From Phoronis australis (lineage: Eukaryota; Animalia; Phoronida), in contig NMRA01000273.1 of assembly GCA_002633005.1 (NCBI GenBank), forward strand, positions 501,555 to 565,554: DNA of 64,000 bases, written 5' to 3'. Of this stretch, positions 1-13,998 are shown piece by piece; position 1 is the first letter of the stretch; the number at the start of each line of letters is the position of its first letter. The notes beneath the pieces are model-generated. The model was not told where the DNA came from. It did not search any database and saw only the letters and a program-made list of their open reading frames with translations. Both the position numbers and the translations under genes were made by a program.

Positions 1-560
1 TGCTTTTGACCAAATGCCTCCAAAACTATAGATATAACCCAGTAAAAGTATACATTTTCTGAAAGTAGAAAGCTCGTAAAATTATCTTTTTAATTTTTTC
101 CAATATACCATACAATGGGTCACGTGACCATGTCTTTTTAGTATAGCAAAAAAGAAAGATGCGTTCACAGCAAACACGACCTTTTACATAAAGATAAAAA
201 AATAGTTCAAGTTTTCTAAATCATTCTGTTTCCGTTTTACATGCAACTTCTAATTTCTTCCATCAAAATCATTTTAAGTCCTGTTTTTTATAAACTCTTA
301 TGAAAAAATGAAATGCTTAAAACAATTCCTAACAGCCATTTCTAAAATAATTCATCAAGTCGCATCACCATTTAGTAGGAGACCAATTTTATCAGCATAA
401 TTGTCTCACTTCATTTTTCTTTTTTTACTGCTAAATACTGAGGAAATCTTCATGTGGGAACCGTCATTAGTCATTTATGACCAGAATATCTTATTAGGCA
501 CCAGCCTTCAAGAATAGGTCTTACATAACAAACGGTCTCCATACATTCACAGCCTGTTAA

Positions 561-3500
561 GGCCTTTTCATACTGACTTAACCCTGCCCAAGCGGAGTGT
601 CGACATAAACTCCGAAGTTATCGAAACCGTTCATACCGGCTTCGGTAGTTACAAACATCGAAATAAACGGTAGATAACGCTGTTGTTATCGAAGTAATCA
701 CAAGGTAGCACTGCACACTAAGATTTTTTTAATGTGACAGTTTGGGAACATTTACAAGTGCTAATTGACACAAAACTTATTTTTAATTCCATTGGTGATT
801 ATTCGAACAAAATATAAACAACTATTAGCGACAACACTACCCTTAATAACATCACCATAATAGTAATTTGACTTTGAGTCATCAAAATATAGTCATGTGT
901 CATTGTTCATGGATGCCCTAAGAAACAGGAAAACCAATAGCGGAGTTGCAACCGAATCGATTTAACGATTGCGCATGTCCGGAAATTAGGGTGCGCAAAG
1001 GCTACTGGGATTGTTGATGGTAAACGGGATGACCGACTGGTTTGCACGACGTGTAATTTGAGTGCATTAAACTATGCTGCTGTATGTAATTCTGCCGCTA
1101 TTCGCCCTAATTAGCGCCCATGGCTCAATAAGTGCCCCAACGCGTTTTCAGACTTTGCTAAAGTAAGCGCCCAGCCCATGAACTACATGCGAAAAATGCC
1201 CTTACCTACAGTTCTAACGTCTCCAATTTATCAATTGAAAGATCCGACAGCCTGAATTTGTAACGGACCACGAGCCTCACCGTTATGTCCGTATACACTT
1301 CAAACTTACGCCGCGATTCAAAAAGAACGCAGAAGTTTTGCTGCTCTTGCGAGGGATGTGCCCCACTACGCGGGTCTGGACTTTGAAAACAGACACAGCG
1401 TACTTGTCAAAGAGCGGGATTGCATTGTTTCTTTCCAGTACAGATCTTCTCCGGCCTCAAACTTCTTTGTGCATGTGAAAACCGTGAATCGAAGACTAAA
1501 AAAAAAAACTCGACCAGTGTTAGCACGCGACCAAGAAGCGCGCGCTGCATAATGTACCGACTGTCATCGAAGATTAATCGGGTAACATAGCATCGGCAAA
1601 TAAATATTGGCACTAATTTCCGAAAGTTTCCAATACCGTAAAAAGCTTCTGCATTATTTTTAAGAGAAATTATTTAACTAATCATAATTGGTGTTTTTAA
1701 GGTCAAAATGACCCACTTCGCACCCTTACACCCCAAATCTTCCGGGAAATAGCTGTTACACTACGGTCACGCATCCACTCACCCGGCGACTCAATGAGTG
1801 ACATGTCGGTCTTACCGAAAAAATTCTCGAACGTTTTTAGCAGATGAGGCCAGCAAGTGCTAAGCCGTAAATATTAAAACACGCACTGCTTGACTTTTTT
1901 TTTTTTTTTGGATACAATGCACACCTAGATCATTACATTACTCTGGCAAATGAACTCTGACAAGCACACGCACGCTTACTCTCACACACACGCATACAAA
2001 CTTCAAAACAAACGTCACGTGACAACAACATGTGTTCCCACAGAGATTTTTCTCGGGTTGCGTGCTACAATCTAGCGTAGATTTGGACTTAATCTGCAGT
2101 TAATCCAGACTTCACAAGAACTTAAAAATCTTAGAGACGCTATTTGGAAAACTTGAGGAGGATTTCAGGTAATTTGTTGAGTCAAAGCTGTATTCTTATT
2201 TAAGAATTCAAGCCCTATCGACGATTGTGAGACCAGCAGCTACGCATTTGTCGGCAAGATTTCGCCCTGGAACTTCAACAAAATTTTATGAAAAATGATC
2301 GTAATTTAACAACGAATTTTGATAGCAATGTACCACAATTTTGTAGAAAGTAAATAATAATAATCTGCACGCTTTATCTTAGCGCGTAATGCATATAGTG
2401 TGCATACGTTAAGTGAGTCGACCCAGAACAGGTGATTGTGCAGAGGCATTATCCTCAAAATTGCTCATGTTGGCTTGGTTCTGGTCAAGCGAAAACAAGT
2501 TTTTTTTTCACTACCAACCGCCGTGGAGTATTTGTTACTGTTTCTTTGAAGGGAGATATTGTTGGGCAGTTTCTAAGATACGTTTTCTTGCCGCCCTCAA
2601 AATGAGCGCTGCACACTTTATGCTACGAAGTCGGAAAGAATTCACGAAGTCGGCCTTTGCTACCAGCTCTACCGATGTCTCTGACCCATGTTTAACGCAG
2701 TTCTTGATCCTTGGGAAACAGGTAGTAACTAAATTTTTTATTTCGCTAACTGGTATTATAGTATGCCAGGCACACAACACGTATAACCTCCCTGTGGCCG
2801 GTTCGCCCCCACGCTTGCCGACGTACTTGTTTACCGGCTTAACCACAATGCAACATTCTGACCCATTTCCAATATGGCGGCGTTGCAACTCCGCTATTAT
2901 GGGTGCCCTATTTTCAAAATCCCAAATGAACCCCTGGATGGGTGAAGACAGGTAAAAGCTAAAATTTCACAATTCACAACAGCTCTTTGTTGAGTTTCAG
3001 TCAAGTGTCATAACCACTGCACAATGACTATGGTATGACAGGTTTGCAAAGACACTCATCAGTCAAAACTGCTCAATATTAGGACCTGTACAAATACTAC
3101 TGCTGGTTTGCATCAACTCATCAGTCAAAACAGCACAATACCCCTACCACTCACAGAAACATCAAAGACATAAGTAGGGTGGGTACTAATGATTCCGTTG
3201 CGGTCAGTATGAAAGTCAGTATGAACAGCCCCAGTTAATTTCTCAGTAAACAGGTGAATTTAACAGCAGAGCGTCGACACTGCGGTGCAGTATGCATGGT
3301 CAACTTCGGTCTCAGTGAAGATATTGCCAGGGGCTACTGCTATCGTTAACAATTAAAGGGGAGTCTCGTAGCTATTAGTTACTTAAATTTTGCTCGACTA
3401 ATTTACCAATCGAATTGGAAATAAGTTTTATATCAATTAACACACGTAAAAGTTCTCAAATTGTCACATTAGAAAAATCTTAGCGTGCACGGGATGCATC

Positions 3501-3653
3501 AGCGCTATCTTGCAATAACTTTGGTGACGACAGCATCCCCTACAAATTACTTCAATGCAGTTAACTACCGAAGCTGGTATGAACGTTTCAATTAACCCCG
3601 CAGTTTACGTCGATGCTCCGCTCACACCCGAGTTCAGTTGGTATGAAAGAGCC
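561..3653. mobile_element. Pair of about 290-bp degenerate inverted repeats (561-845 and 3360-3653); probable Harbinger-like non-autonomous element, or two inverted fragments
   Basis: taa|ggccttttcatac... aligns with the reverse complement of ...gtatgaaagagcc|tta over about 290 bp. A related terminus (agtcagtatgaacagccc) ends near 3231. Confidence 0.6.
939..2895. mobile_element. Non-autonomous DNA transposon, TIR AGCGGAGTTGCAAC, flanked by AT; long family member
   Basis: aat|agcggagttgcaac ... gttgcaactccgct|att. The first about 200 bp and the 3' end match the element at 23037-23315. Confidence 0.8.
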
Positions 3654-6600
3654 TTATAGCATTGTGTTAGGTGAACTGGGAAAATCCCAAGAAGCCACAG
3701 TGAGTATCACAGTCACACAACGATTTGCCCAAAATTCATTTCAAAGTTTGTGGTATTTTACAAACTTAAATTACTAACAGTAGTTCAAGATGTAATACCT
3801 TTGCTTCACACTGTTTCGTTTATTTTGTGAAATCAGTACATTTGGTACCCGCAGCAGTCAGCATACATCAAACACAGGAGAGACTGAATCGTGCATGCAT
3901 AACGTAGGGCGGCATGAACGTTTTTAGTCAACGATTTTGACATCAGTCGTGACGACCTAAGATTTCATTTGGCCACCAGGTGTCAAGCTAAGTGAAGAGC
4001 ACAGTAAAGCATTAAGTATTTACTTTGCATCCTCTATTCTACGTTAAGAATACAAGTTGACATAACTGCCTTTGCAGTTATTATTGTTTTCAACTATTTT
4101 TTGAAAACATAGAGAAAAGCTGCTCCTTCCAATAACAATATGAAGGCATGAATCTAATAGTGCTGCACCCCATGAAGTATAAACTCAACTAATTCTGAAC
4201 TGAGATTTTTAAAGAACTAATCTACTGACCACCAGGGCAATTTTGATATTTAACGAAGAATTTGAAAACGGCATATATTTGCTAGCGCTATTTGCTGGTA
4301 CACATAGGTTACACTGTTGGCAATCCTTAGTAATTTTGGAAGGATCCTGCACAAGAAAGCAGGGCTAAAGCTTTAATAAAGCGAATAAACAAAGACAGCT
4401 TGTCCGATTTCAACCAATAACAAGAGGCTTCAAGCTGTTCAATCAACTCTGTCGCACATACGTAAATTTCAATTTGACTGAAACACAGTGATATGGACAA
4501 AATACAATAAAAATAAACATAAAGTATGATGGACTACACAGAGATTTTATCAAGTGTCGATCCTGGGTACACATGAGCCAAGTGTTGTCTTCTATCACTT
4601 GTAAAATTTTAGTCTTTTCATCAATTTTCTCTTAGGTGAGACTATTTGAAAGTCTGGGAAAATGTTTTATAGTACTAAACAAGCTTTTGTAGTAATGGCA
4701 CACGTTTAACTGATTATCTGCTACTTGAACGTCTTAAAAAAACAGCAAGGGAGTTACAAGAAATCTTAAAGATGACATTGTTCTTTTCAGTGGCAGTGGA
4801 GTTCATTGTCAGACACTGTGAAAATTTCCATTCAATTTCGATTCAACAAGATTACCATACTGTCACTATGCCATACTGACCAATCTCAGTCAAAACTGAA
4901 CCAAAGCAAAAACTGCATAAAAATCACCATTAAGCTGGATCTTAAAAAACGAGTGCCAAACTGTTTACACCGCGAGTCAAAAGAGAAGGGCCTGCAAGAA
5001 AATGGTAAGATCAGAATATGTAAGACGTCGAACTATGAGTTTGACATCGCTGACCGTTGACGAGAAGAGAGGTGTCCTCAAATGAGGTCAAACCAATCAC
5101 TTTAATTGACACTACACTAATACACAAACGGATATGAAATTTTAGATGGTCACCTATCGCAAAAGCATCACGCAAAACGAAAAGCTTTGCAACCCGAACA
5201 AAGAGCTTTTATTTTCGATGAATGCTCCATGATAGTCCCAAACTCGATATCGGAAATGCGCCATATTGTTTTGGTCGCAACGTGAGGATACTGAGGGTTC
5301 ACGTTGCGATCAGAACTTTAAAGAAGTTGATTGACGAGTTTAAAAACATGAACATGTACTCACCTACAACAAGCAGGCTTAAAATTGCGACTGCCCACGA
5401 CAATCCGATATATAGGCTCGCGGGTGCCATATATCCAGATACATTAAAACACCCGTTGTAGTAAATCCATTTAGAAATCACTCACTCTCCAGTGCAATGT
5501 GCGCACGAATACACTAAGAACACCGCTTCGCGTCGTCAAGTAAGAATGTGTTAATGCGCTCGTTTTCTTTTAGCTGCCGTGGGCAAGATGCCCGGGGAAA
5601 TGGTCTTGGAACGACTGATTCTGTTAGGTCTGAGCAGAGTTTTGCTCAACTCAAGCAAAAAAGTGAAGTGAGCGGTTTTTGACGAAATAAAAGCAGGTTT
5701 TCAATTACATGTCCCATGAACTGCCGTTACACGGAACCATGAAATATACCGGTAGGCCTACACAATTAAGAAGTTCTCTTCAAAGTTCTTCGCTCAATAT
5801 TTTCAAATTCTTACAAATGAATTCAAAGAATAACATTGTGCATAACTTTCGTAGTGCCTGTCAGCGGGATAAAGTGTCAATGAATTGAGCTCAAAACGCT
5901 AGACGTTGGCCTACTGTATTTCGGGTCAGTAATCAAGTTCAACTCAGTCTAGTCTTTCAGTGCCCGTCTGCAAGTCTGCTTCCGAACCGGCGTCGGCGTA
6001 AAACGAGATTAGGGGTGATGAAAACAGTGAAATGTACATTAAAGAAACAATATTTCATCTAATCTTGCATTGCGTATGATTTTCTCACTGAAGCTAAAAT
6101 GACACACAACTGCACTGTCATCACCGCTTGAAGAGGGCCAGGCCCGGCTTGGCGGGCGTCACGCATTCCCTCCCCCACCGGCAGCTGAGGTCCGTTCAAC
6201 GACCCGCTCATCAGTGGTTCAGGTCCACCTTGCCTCACCTAGGATGAGAAGAGCAAAGCTGGTACCACACGTTTGATTTCGCGCATGCCACCGTTGCAAT
6301 CTTATAGCTAGCTACTTGGGTACTATGCGGTAGCAAAAATCCAACGTATTTCATGAAGCGTCAACTACCTTCCTTTTCAAAAACCACGTCACTGAAACAC
6401 TGGTTGTTTATAGTGACAAATGGAGTAAAGTGAACCAGGCTGCATCTTTCCGCCGCAAGAAATTGTTCAAATCATTTTGGGCCTTGGTCTTGAAGCATAT
6501 GGAGTTCTATAGGAAATATGTTTAATACTGCTAAAAAGCAAACGTGTTAAATATAAGACAATTGTCTTCTCGTGAACATGAATACCCAATCAATTCAGAC

Positions 6601-9600
6601 AGACATTGTTCGCTTTTCTGTCTTTACCAATGTTACTTATCGTACTATACACTGACACGAAAATTGATCTAAGACCTTCTATTTAGCTCCTTATTTAAGA
6701 AATTAAAGAACTGAACGCATTCTATGCATTTAAGCTTGTGTATTCAGGGAAAGAATCTTCAAATGAAAACTTGGTGTAAACCTTGTGAACTTTTATCTTC
6801 CTGTGAAAGAACACGGCATTAAGAAGAAAGGTAGTTAAGAAAGAGTCGCAAATGGATTGTTTAGAAACTGGTTTACCGTGGCTTTAGTTTTAAATGATAA
6901 GGGGCGTCTCATTCCCACGTGCAACCTAAACGTGGAAATCACGAAATCGGTTATTACAAACCTGTCTGACAAAGTTTTCCTTTCCTGTCAATAACACTCA
7001 TGTTTTTACCAATAAAAGGAATGGAAGGTCCGCTTCCCGTTGGCTTGAAATTGGAGTTTTGAACGGGTTGGTCAACGCCGTCAGAGCGATCGGATTTTTG
7101 AAACACGGGCTGGTCCTCGCACCAAACAGAATTAGAGGTTTGCTTGCGTCGGTTGAGGGAGAGAGGGGTGGTGGGAGAGGGCCGGGGTGGATGGAGGGGG
7201 AGTGGGGAGAGAGGGTAGGTGTGCAGGGAGAAGAGAGTGAAGAGAAGACAGCGTGAGAAATGCAATACCAGTATTTTTGGATTTTTTAAAACGGATTTGG
7301 CAAGAAGAAAATTGAGATTCAAAGTTTAGGTATGAGTCAAAATGACCACGTTGTTTCTTGTTCTCCAACAAAAATATTACAGGATTATTGTGGACTACTG
7401 TTTGAAATATATTAAAAATCATGTAATAATTTATCAGTTGTGCTTTTGACACTTTTTTACTTTCTGTCGTCCTGGATGACAGAATTGGGAAATTATAACT
7501 TGAATAATTGCTTCATAATTCCCATTTTCATAGTGAATAAAACGGAAACTCCTTTTTATCTGGAACATTTGATTATCTATCTTAAACCATGGTTATTAAA
7601 CTTTTATACACTTAACGTTGGCCGTCAAAGTTTCAGAGAACCAATGTTTATTTAGACCGCTCTCCGCTATAAAACTCGGCTCAGCTTGTTCCTTGATGAG
7701 GTGAAAAGTGATTTCTAGGCTTGGACGTGGCATTATTTGAAAGCATGCACAGCGCTTAAAATGCCCAGAGTGACAAGCCGACTTGTTGAGAGTGGTCTCA
7801 AACAATGACGAATTGTCAGTTCTTCTCAAGTCCAGACATGAAATCACCTCCAAACTGAGGATAGTTTCACATCTCCAAGACAATGCTCTAAACCAAAAAT
7901 CAATGTTTTAACGGAAGGTGGGCTTATTTATAGAAGATGTATAAAAATTGAAAGTTAAAGTTTTGAGGTTTAACTTTAATATTTCATACATTTTCTATAT
8001 ATAAAATATCCTGATATCGTTGTTATTATTATGATACTAATACCACTGACTGAGACCATCCCTTTTAATAGAATTAAGCACAAAAGAAAGATACATTCAT
8101 AACACTAAAGTGGCTTTGAAAACATGGACAGAATTCTGTTTACATAAATCTTTAAAATGATATATCGAAAACAAACAATGTTTTTTCGCTTTTCAACACC
8201 AAACACAATGTAGGATGACTGCTGTTGTGATTGGTTGTCCCGATTCCACGTAGTATCGACCAATAAATGCCTGTAATTCGAGATCATGTAATTTACATAT
8301 CGTCAGATAGTGCTTGTGGATGTTCTAATTTGACGCCAATTCACAGCTGGTGGTGTTTCTAGCGTTTTTATATATAAATTTGGGGATTTTAAAAGCGCTT
8401 TAAGATAGCTATTTAGACAAAAGTGAAATATTGTAAAAGCAATTCCTAGCATCATTTTGGAGAGCAATACTGAATCAGAGTATTTCAAAGTTTCATTCGA
8501 AACACCCCGTTTTTGTATGTATTCTGTTATCAAGTTAGCTGAATGTTGACAACTTTCTAGGATTACTGATATCCGAAGCCACGTTACATGACCCTGGAAC
8601 CTGCATGGTGGAGTTCAATAACGCTAGGACCTCGTTAGAAAAGGAAGTCTTCGCGAGATTACCCGAAATATTTCCGTGTATTTTAATGATTTTAGCTAGA
8701 TTTTCTAACCGCGAGACAGCTACTGAACTCTACCCTGCGTAGCTTGAATCGGTTATTATGAGATTGGCTTTTCTTGACTAGTGTTTTTCTTAAAAGCTTG
8801 TTCTTTTACCGTTACACAAAAACTCCCTGATATTCATCAAATTGTAGTCAGTTTTCCACGGAATACATAAAAGTTTGAATTATATACATGTTCTCAGTTT
8901 CTTAGAAATTAAAAGCAAAATCAAAAGATACAGAAGCTTTTTCGAGAGTAACATTGTCGTGGCTACTCATATATTCACGCAGTAATTAAGTAACACGATG
9001 ACGAGTTGTTTTCGCCAGACTATTTGAAATCACCTCAAACAAGCGTAGTATAATAAAAAAACAGCTCTGTCCACATATACATTGAGTGAATTATCAAGTC
9101 ACAACGATATCAACGGCTAAAAATGAAAATCAAATTAGGCTTTTTATTCTCGTAAAATCGGTCTCATAATATTAATTACAGTGAAAAGATTCTATTTCAT
9201 TTACCAAAAAGCATCGAGCCTCAAGAAAATGCTTCACAGTTTATAGGAATTGGTCAACCCTAAAATTGCGAATTCAAAACTGGCGCATCAGCAATACAGA
9301 TTGCTTGCGACTTGAGCAGGTAGGGCAAATAGAATACGATCCTTGTAAGGAATATTAATTTTGTCACGGACGCACAAACCGTGTCTCGAAATCTGATGTT
9401 GGTATAAACGTGATTTTGACAGTTTTTAAGTTTGGTTATCGTGGTTCACTTTTTTATTATAAAATGGCACAACCAAGAGGCTGCAAACCTATGCTACCTT
9501 CCAGGACAAAAGAAAAACGACTATTGATTTAGACCATTTGCCGTTATGGAAGTGCAATCAAATTGTTCCGTGGTCAAATTAGACATGATTTAAGAGTTTC

Positions 9601-9654
9601 GAAAGATCAGACATTTCATTATTGCTTAAGATCAGGCTCCACAAGTTGGCCTAT

Positions 9655-9750
9655 CACGTCGTGTCATTTTATGTCAAAGATAGTCCCATAACGAACTGAC
9701 ACTTCTATGGAAACCCAGAAATCACTTCTCGTCTGACTAAGGAACAATTT
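9655..9750. repeat. Interspersed repeat; relative at about 46283-46390
   Basis: gtgtcattttatg ... aaacccagaaatcacttct...taaggaacaa shared by both loci. Confidence 0.6.
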
Positions 9751-11225
9751 GAGCCAAAGGCCTGATTAAAAAATTCACTTCTGATGGACAGAATGCTGTT
9801 TTACAGCCGTTTGAACTGCAAATGAGTCTAATATTGACCCTAACTGACCGTATTTTATACGCTTATGGTCAGAAAAAGTATAAAAGCACCTAATATACAA
9901 ATCTCAGTAAAGCACTATCAGTTCCATGTCATCACGTTTATTTCTTTAATACATAAGGACAGTCGTCACCCTTAGAGATTTGCGAGGTCTGTCACAACTG
10001 GAAGCTAGAGTTCTCAATTGCCCTTGCGAATGTGCAACACCGGTAGTGATGTCAACCGTCCGTCACTTGTTTTCCTCATGGCCCTGAATCTCCCGTCTTC
10101 AGTGCACGTTGTATTTGAGTGCGGTGTATTTGTGTGTATAAAATTAGTGGGAAGTGTCGAGAAAAGTGTTAGCAAGCGAGCTTGGAATTCTGTCTTCTGT
10201 ACTAGCGATGTATCCACAGCCAAACCTTTCAATCTTACTGTCTGAATGAACAAGGTACAACGTTAAAATACTTAATGAGGCTTTAAAACCAGTCTTCAAT
10301 CACAAAAATGATTTTGAACAAATACCGTAGTTCTTTATTTAAAATAGGTGTGGTTTCTGGGCTCGCAATGCACAGATAGTTCATCACTGGTTGAGACCAG
10401 GCCGCTCCTGCACAAGCATGTCACTGCGTATGCATACGTGTCCTCGGTTTCCGTATGCCCAGGTAAGCACGGTTTCGAGAAACTGAGCTGAATTCTCTGT
10501 AAGACCAAAAATAACTTCTCATCTAGGAAACATGTTGAGACCAATTTTCTAGCAGTACATAATTTAAATCCAAATTTAAATTCTTCGACGGAATGCGGAT
10601 TTATTATTGTCGCCGCCATTATGCCGATTTAGAGATCTTCCTGCGGATGTTAACCTTGGCTCGCACGCGTTATGCATGACGAAAGCAAACATTGGAAAGC
10701 TCGAAAAGGGCGTTTCCACGTGACAGCTGAGTTTGCATCCACCGTCAGTGTATTATTCATTTGTTAGTTGGGTAGCCTCGTTCCAGCCTCCAGCGTAGTA
10801 GAGTCGGCTTCGTGCAAACCGAGAACACAGCCAAGTTCCTGACTGTAGTGACTTCTATGCTTGGAAAGTCACGTACGTGAACTGACTAATCCGACTATGT
10901 GTCGTGTCTGTGCTGCGAACTACCAGGGCTTGAGTTCTAGATGCTGCTACGAACCAACACCAGCGAGTAGACAGCCAGACTGAGATTGTAAATGTATTGG
11001 CCGTCACCAAGCGGACATCAACATGGAATTTGAATTTCATAAAGTAGAAGGCAGCTAATCTGATGAGGGGAGATTCAAACTTGTTGTTAGTTGATCGATG
11101 TCACGTCTTTGACCAAAATGAGCCAGAATAGATCGTATCCATCTAGGCTCTAAGTGCGCAATCCATCTAGTAGCCTAGTAGTTGTTCAGTACAGTGTAGA
11201 CCATTTATGCCCATAAAAGAGTTAG

Positions 11226-11875
11226 TAGGTAAGTAAGTAAGTAAGCAAGTAAGTAAGTAAGCAAGTAAGAAAGTAAGCAAGTAAGCAAGTAAGAAAGTAA
11301 GAAAGTAAGCAAGCAAGNNNNNNNNNNNNNNNNNNNNNNNNNNNNNNNNNNNNNNNNNNNNNNNNNNNNNNNNNNNNNNNNNNNNNNNNNNNNNNNNNNN
11401 NNNNNNNNNNNNNNNNNNNNNNNNNNNNNNNNNNNNNNNNNNNNNNNNNNNNNNNNNNNNNNNNNNNNNNNNNNNNNNNNNNNNNNNNNNNNNNNNNNNN
11501 NNNNNNNNNNNNNNNNNNNNNNNNNNNNNNNNNNNNNNNNNNNNNNNNNNNNNNNNNNNNNNNNNNNNNNNNNNNNNNNNNNNNNNNNNNNNNNNNNNNN
11601 NNNNNNNNNNNNNNNNNNNNNNNNNNGTAAGTAAGTAAGTAAGTATGTGGGTAAGTAAGTAAGTAAGTAAGTAAGTATGTATGTAAGTAAGTAAGTAAGT
11701 ATGTGGGTAAGTAAGTAAGTAAGTAAGTAAGTATCTAAGTAAGTAAGTAAGTAAGTAAGTATGTGGGTAAGTAAGTAAGTAAGTATGTCAGTAAGTAAGT
11801 AAGTATGAAAGTAAGTAAGTATGTAAGTAAGTAAGTAAGTATGTGGGTAAGTAAGTAAGTAAGTAAGTAATAAGT
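11226..11875. repeat. (GTAA)n microsatellite with variants, spanning the gap at 11318-11626
   Basis: Direct observation. Confidence 0.97.
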
Positions 11876-12200
11876 AAATAAAATGTTTATTTTACATCGG
11901 TATGGAACAGGTTAATTGCAAAACAGTACCAAGTACTAGTGACCGATATAAAATGAGAAATTAATATGTACAAAAGAAGTAGAAGGGCTATGTACAGTAT
12001 CAAGCATCAAAAGACCGTAATATTTGACAGCGTAGGCAAAGTTGGCATTCACAAACTTGGCGTATATAGCGGCTTAACTCGTATATAAAGGTATTGAGAT
12101 CTTGGTAACATCTTAGACATTCAGGTAACTTGTTTCATAAAGATACACCCTGGTGGTAAATAGAATTAACCCACAGGATGTAGTGGCGAACCTTACAACA
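11876..12200 (-). mobile_element. 5'-truncated CR1/L2-group LINE 3' end
   Basis: The minus strand translates as NSIYHQGVSL*NKLPECLRCYQDLNTFIYELSRYIRQVCECQLC, like the GxxLWNxLP...F...CxCxxC ORF2 C-terminus. It is followed by AATAAA and the (TTAC)n tail. Confidence 0.7.
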
Positions 12201-13182
12201 CATAGAGTGTTTTCCCCCGTACCTCATGGGGCAAAGCACTGGACGGGGGAAGTGTCTATCTGATTCATATGCTTGGCTTCAACGTTGTGGTTGACTGGGA
12301 GAGTTCGGATGGGCAACTACGGTGGCACATCGTTCATTTGCTGGACATATGCGGCCGTCTGAGTCATAGGCGCATCTGGTGTTTGCTATATCAGGGATAT
12401 ATGCTAATCGCTTCTCCCGAATTTCATGAGTCAAAATGCAGCGAAAAACCAACATCTCAATACAAACAATTACTCCAGAGTCAGGGAGACAAATGATAGA
12501 GATTTTCCCAAATTTAATTCTGTATCAAAATTGAACAAAACATCAATCTCTTGCAAGATTAGTTCATAATTGGTAAAACGTCATTGATGAATAATTTATG
12601 AATCAGAGGTTTTAGTCGATTTTTGTAAGCGCATACAAATGTAAGCAGGAAACAATGAATTATTGATAAGTTGAGGACATTTCATACACGGCAACTCAAT
12701 GACAAACGGCCTTTTGAGCTTCTGCACGCTAAGTTGTATTAATTTCTTTAAAATCTGCTCGCTACAGTAAGGAATCGTTCTGCAATTCTTGAAAATGCCT
12801 GGCCGTGAATTGGCCGGGGTATCCCTAGAGGGACGCCCCGAGTAATTTGAATAATTTTTAAATTCTGGGTATTAACGTGAATTTTCATATGCTCCAGCTG
12901 GTATCCTGTTGCGATTTTAGAGTTAAGCGTGTATTCTGATATAATTAACAAATCTCCAGGAAATTTTCAAGACGTCACGTGATGCCACCAACATGTGGTG
13001 TGTACGAAAACTGATAATTCTTACTGATAGGAATCTTATAAGGGGGTCTAGTCTTAGTTTTGTTTTTTCGTACAGTTAAGCAGGAAAAGTGCAGTTTCAA
13101 ATGTTCTTATCTCGCTTACTTAATATCTGCCAATAGACTAGTCCATTATTTAGTATACTTTTATAAAAATATACTCCGGACC

Positions 13183-13998
13183 CAGTTGCGGATCTAGGAT
13201 ATCACAAGGGGGCCCCAACATTTTGTCCGGCTGTAAGCATCTGCGCAAACTGAACCACGATTGTAGATGCGCATAGCGCCGAATGGGGGGAGGTCGGGAG
13301 GGGGGTTAACTACTGACCTCATACTAAAAGACCTACTTGTTTATGGTCCACAGCGTTTGCGCGCGAAACCTACTTCTTTTCGTAATGCTTTTTACACGTT
13401 TTATATTTTGTGCCATGAATTCTTAACAAATTTGTCGTATTTAAAATAGTCATCAAATGCCCAAACGACCAAATCCGTTTTTCGTGTTGGCAATAATGAC
13501 GGGATTGCTGTGGAAATCGTCTTAAGATAAGGTTTGACAAAGAGAGTATTGCGAGTTTCTGAGTGATTCATTAAGGCTTCGATTAAAATTCACATCTTAC
13601 CAGCAGCTTCTGTTTTCTCATCGTCACTCAGGTTCCATTCTCTTTAAAAAATGAAGTAAATTTTCTTCATTGCACAGTGGAGCAGACGACGAAAACGGAG
13701 TCGTAGTGCGCAGCGCCACTGCCGGTCACCTGGGATATCGCGGGAGAGCCTTATACTTAGCCATAGTTCCGTTACGAAAGCGCCGTGTTCCGAATTTGAC
13801 ACTTGAAATTGGGGTTTGAGCCCCTCCCCCCCCAAACACTAAAACTGCACACATTTAAATCTTTTTTCATCCGTATAATTTTAATTACCCGGGTTAATTA
13901 ATAAACTCACCATTTCCCTACGCTCTTACTGTTTTATTTTTTTGCGGCAGCCAAGGGGGGGGGGCCGGGCCCCCGGGGCCCCCCTAAATCCGCCTATG
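13183..13998. mobile_element. Non-autonomous hAT-like element with 5-bp TSD GGACC
   Basis: ggacc|cagttgcggatctagg ... cctaaatccgcctatg|ggacc; G/C-run subterminal motifs. Confidence 0.75.

Noticed and set aside
2413-2955. 180-aa ORF as a host gene or transposase
   Set aside because: No recognisable DDE or other domain, a GTG start, and it runs past the element's TIR.
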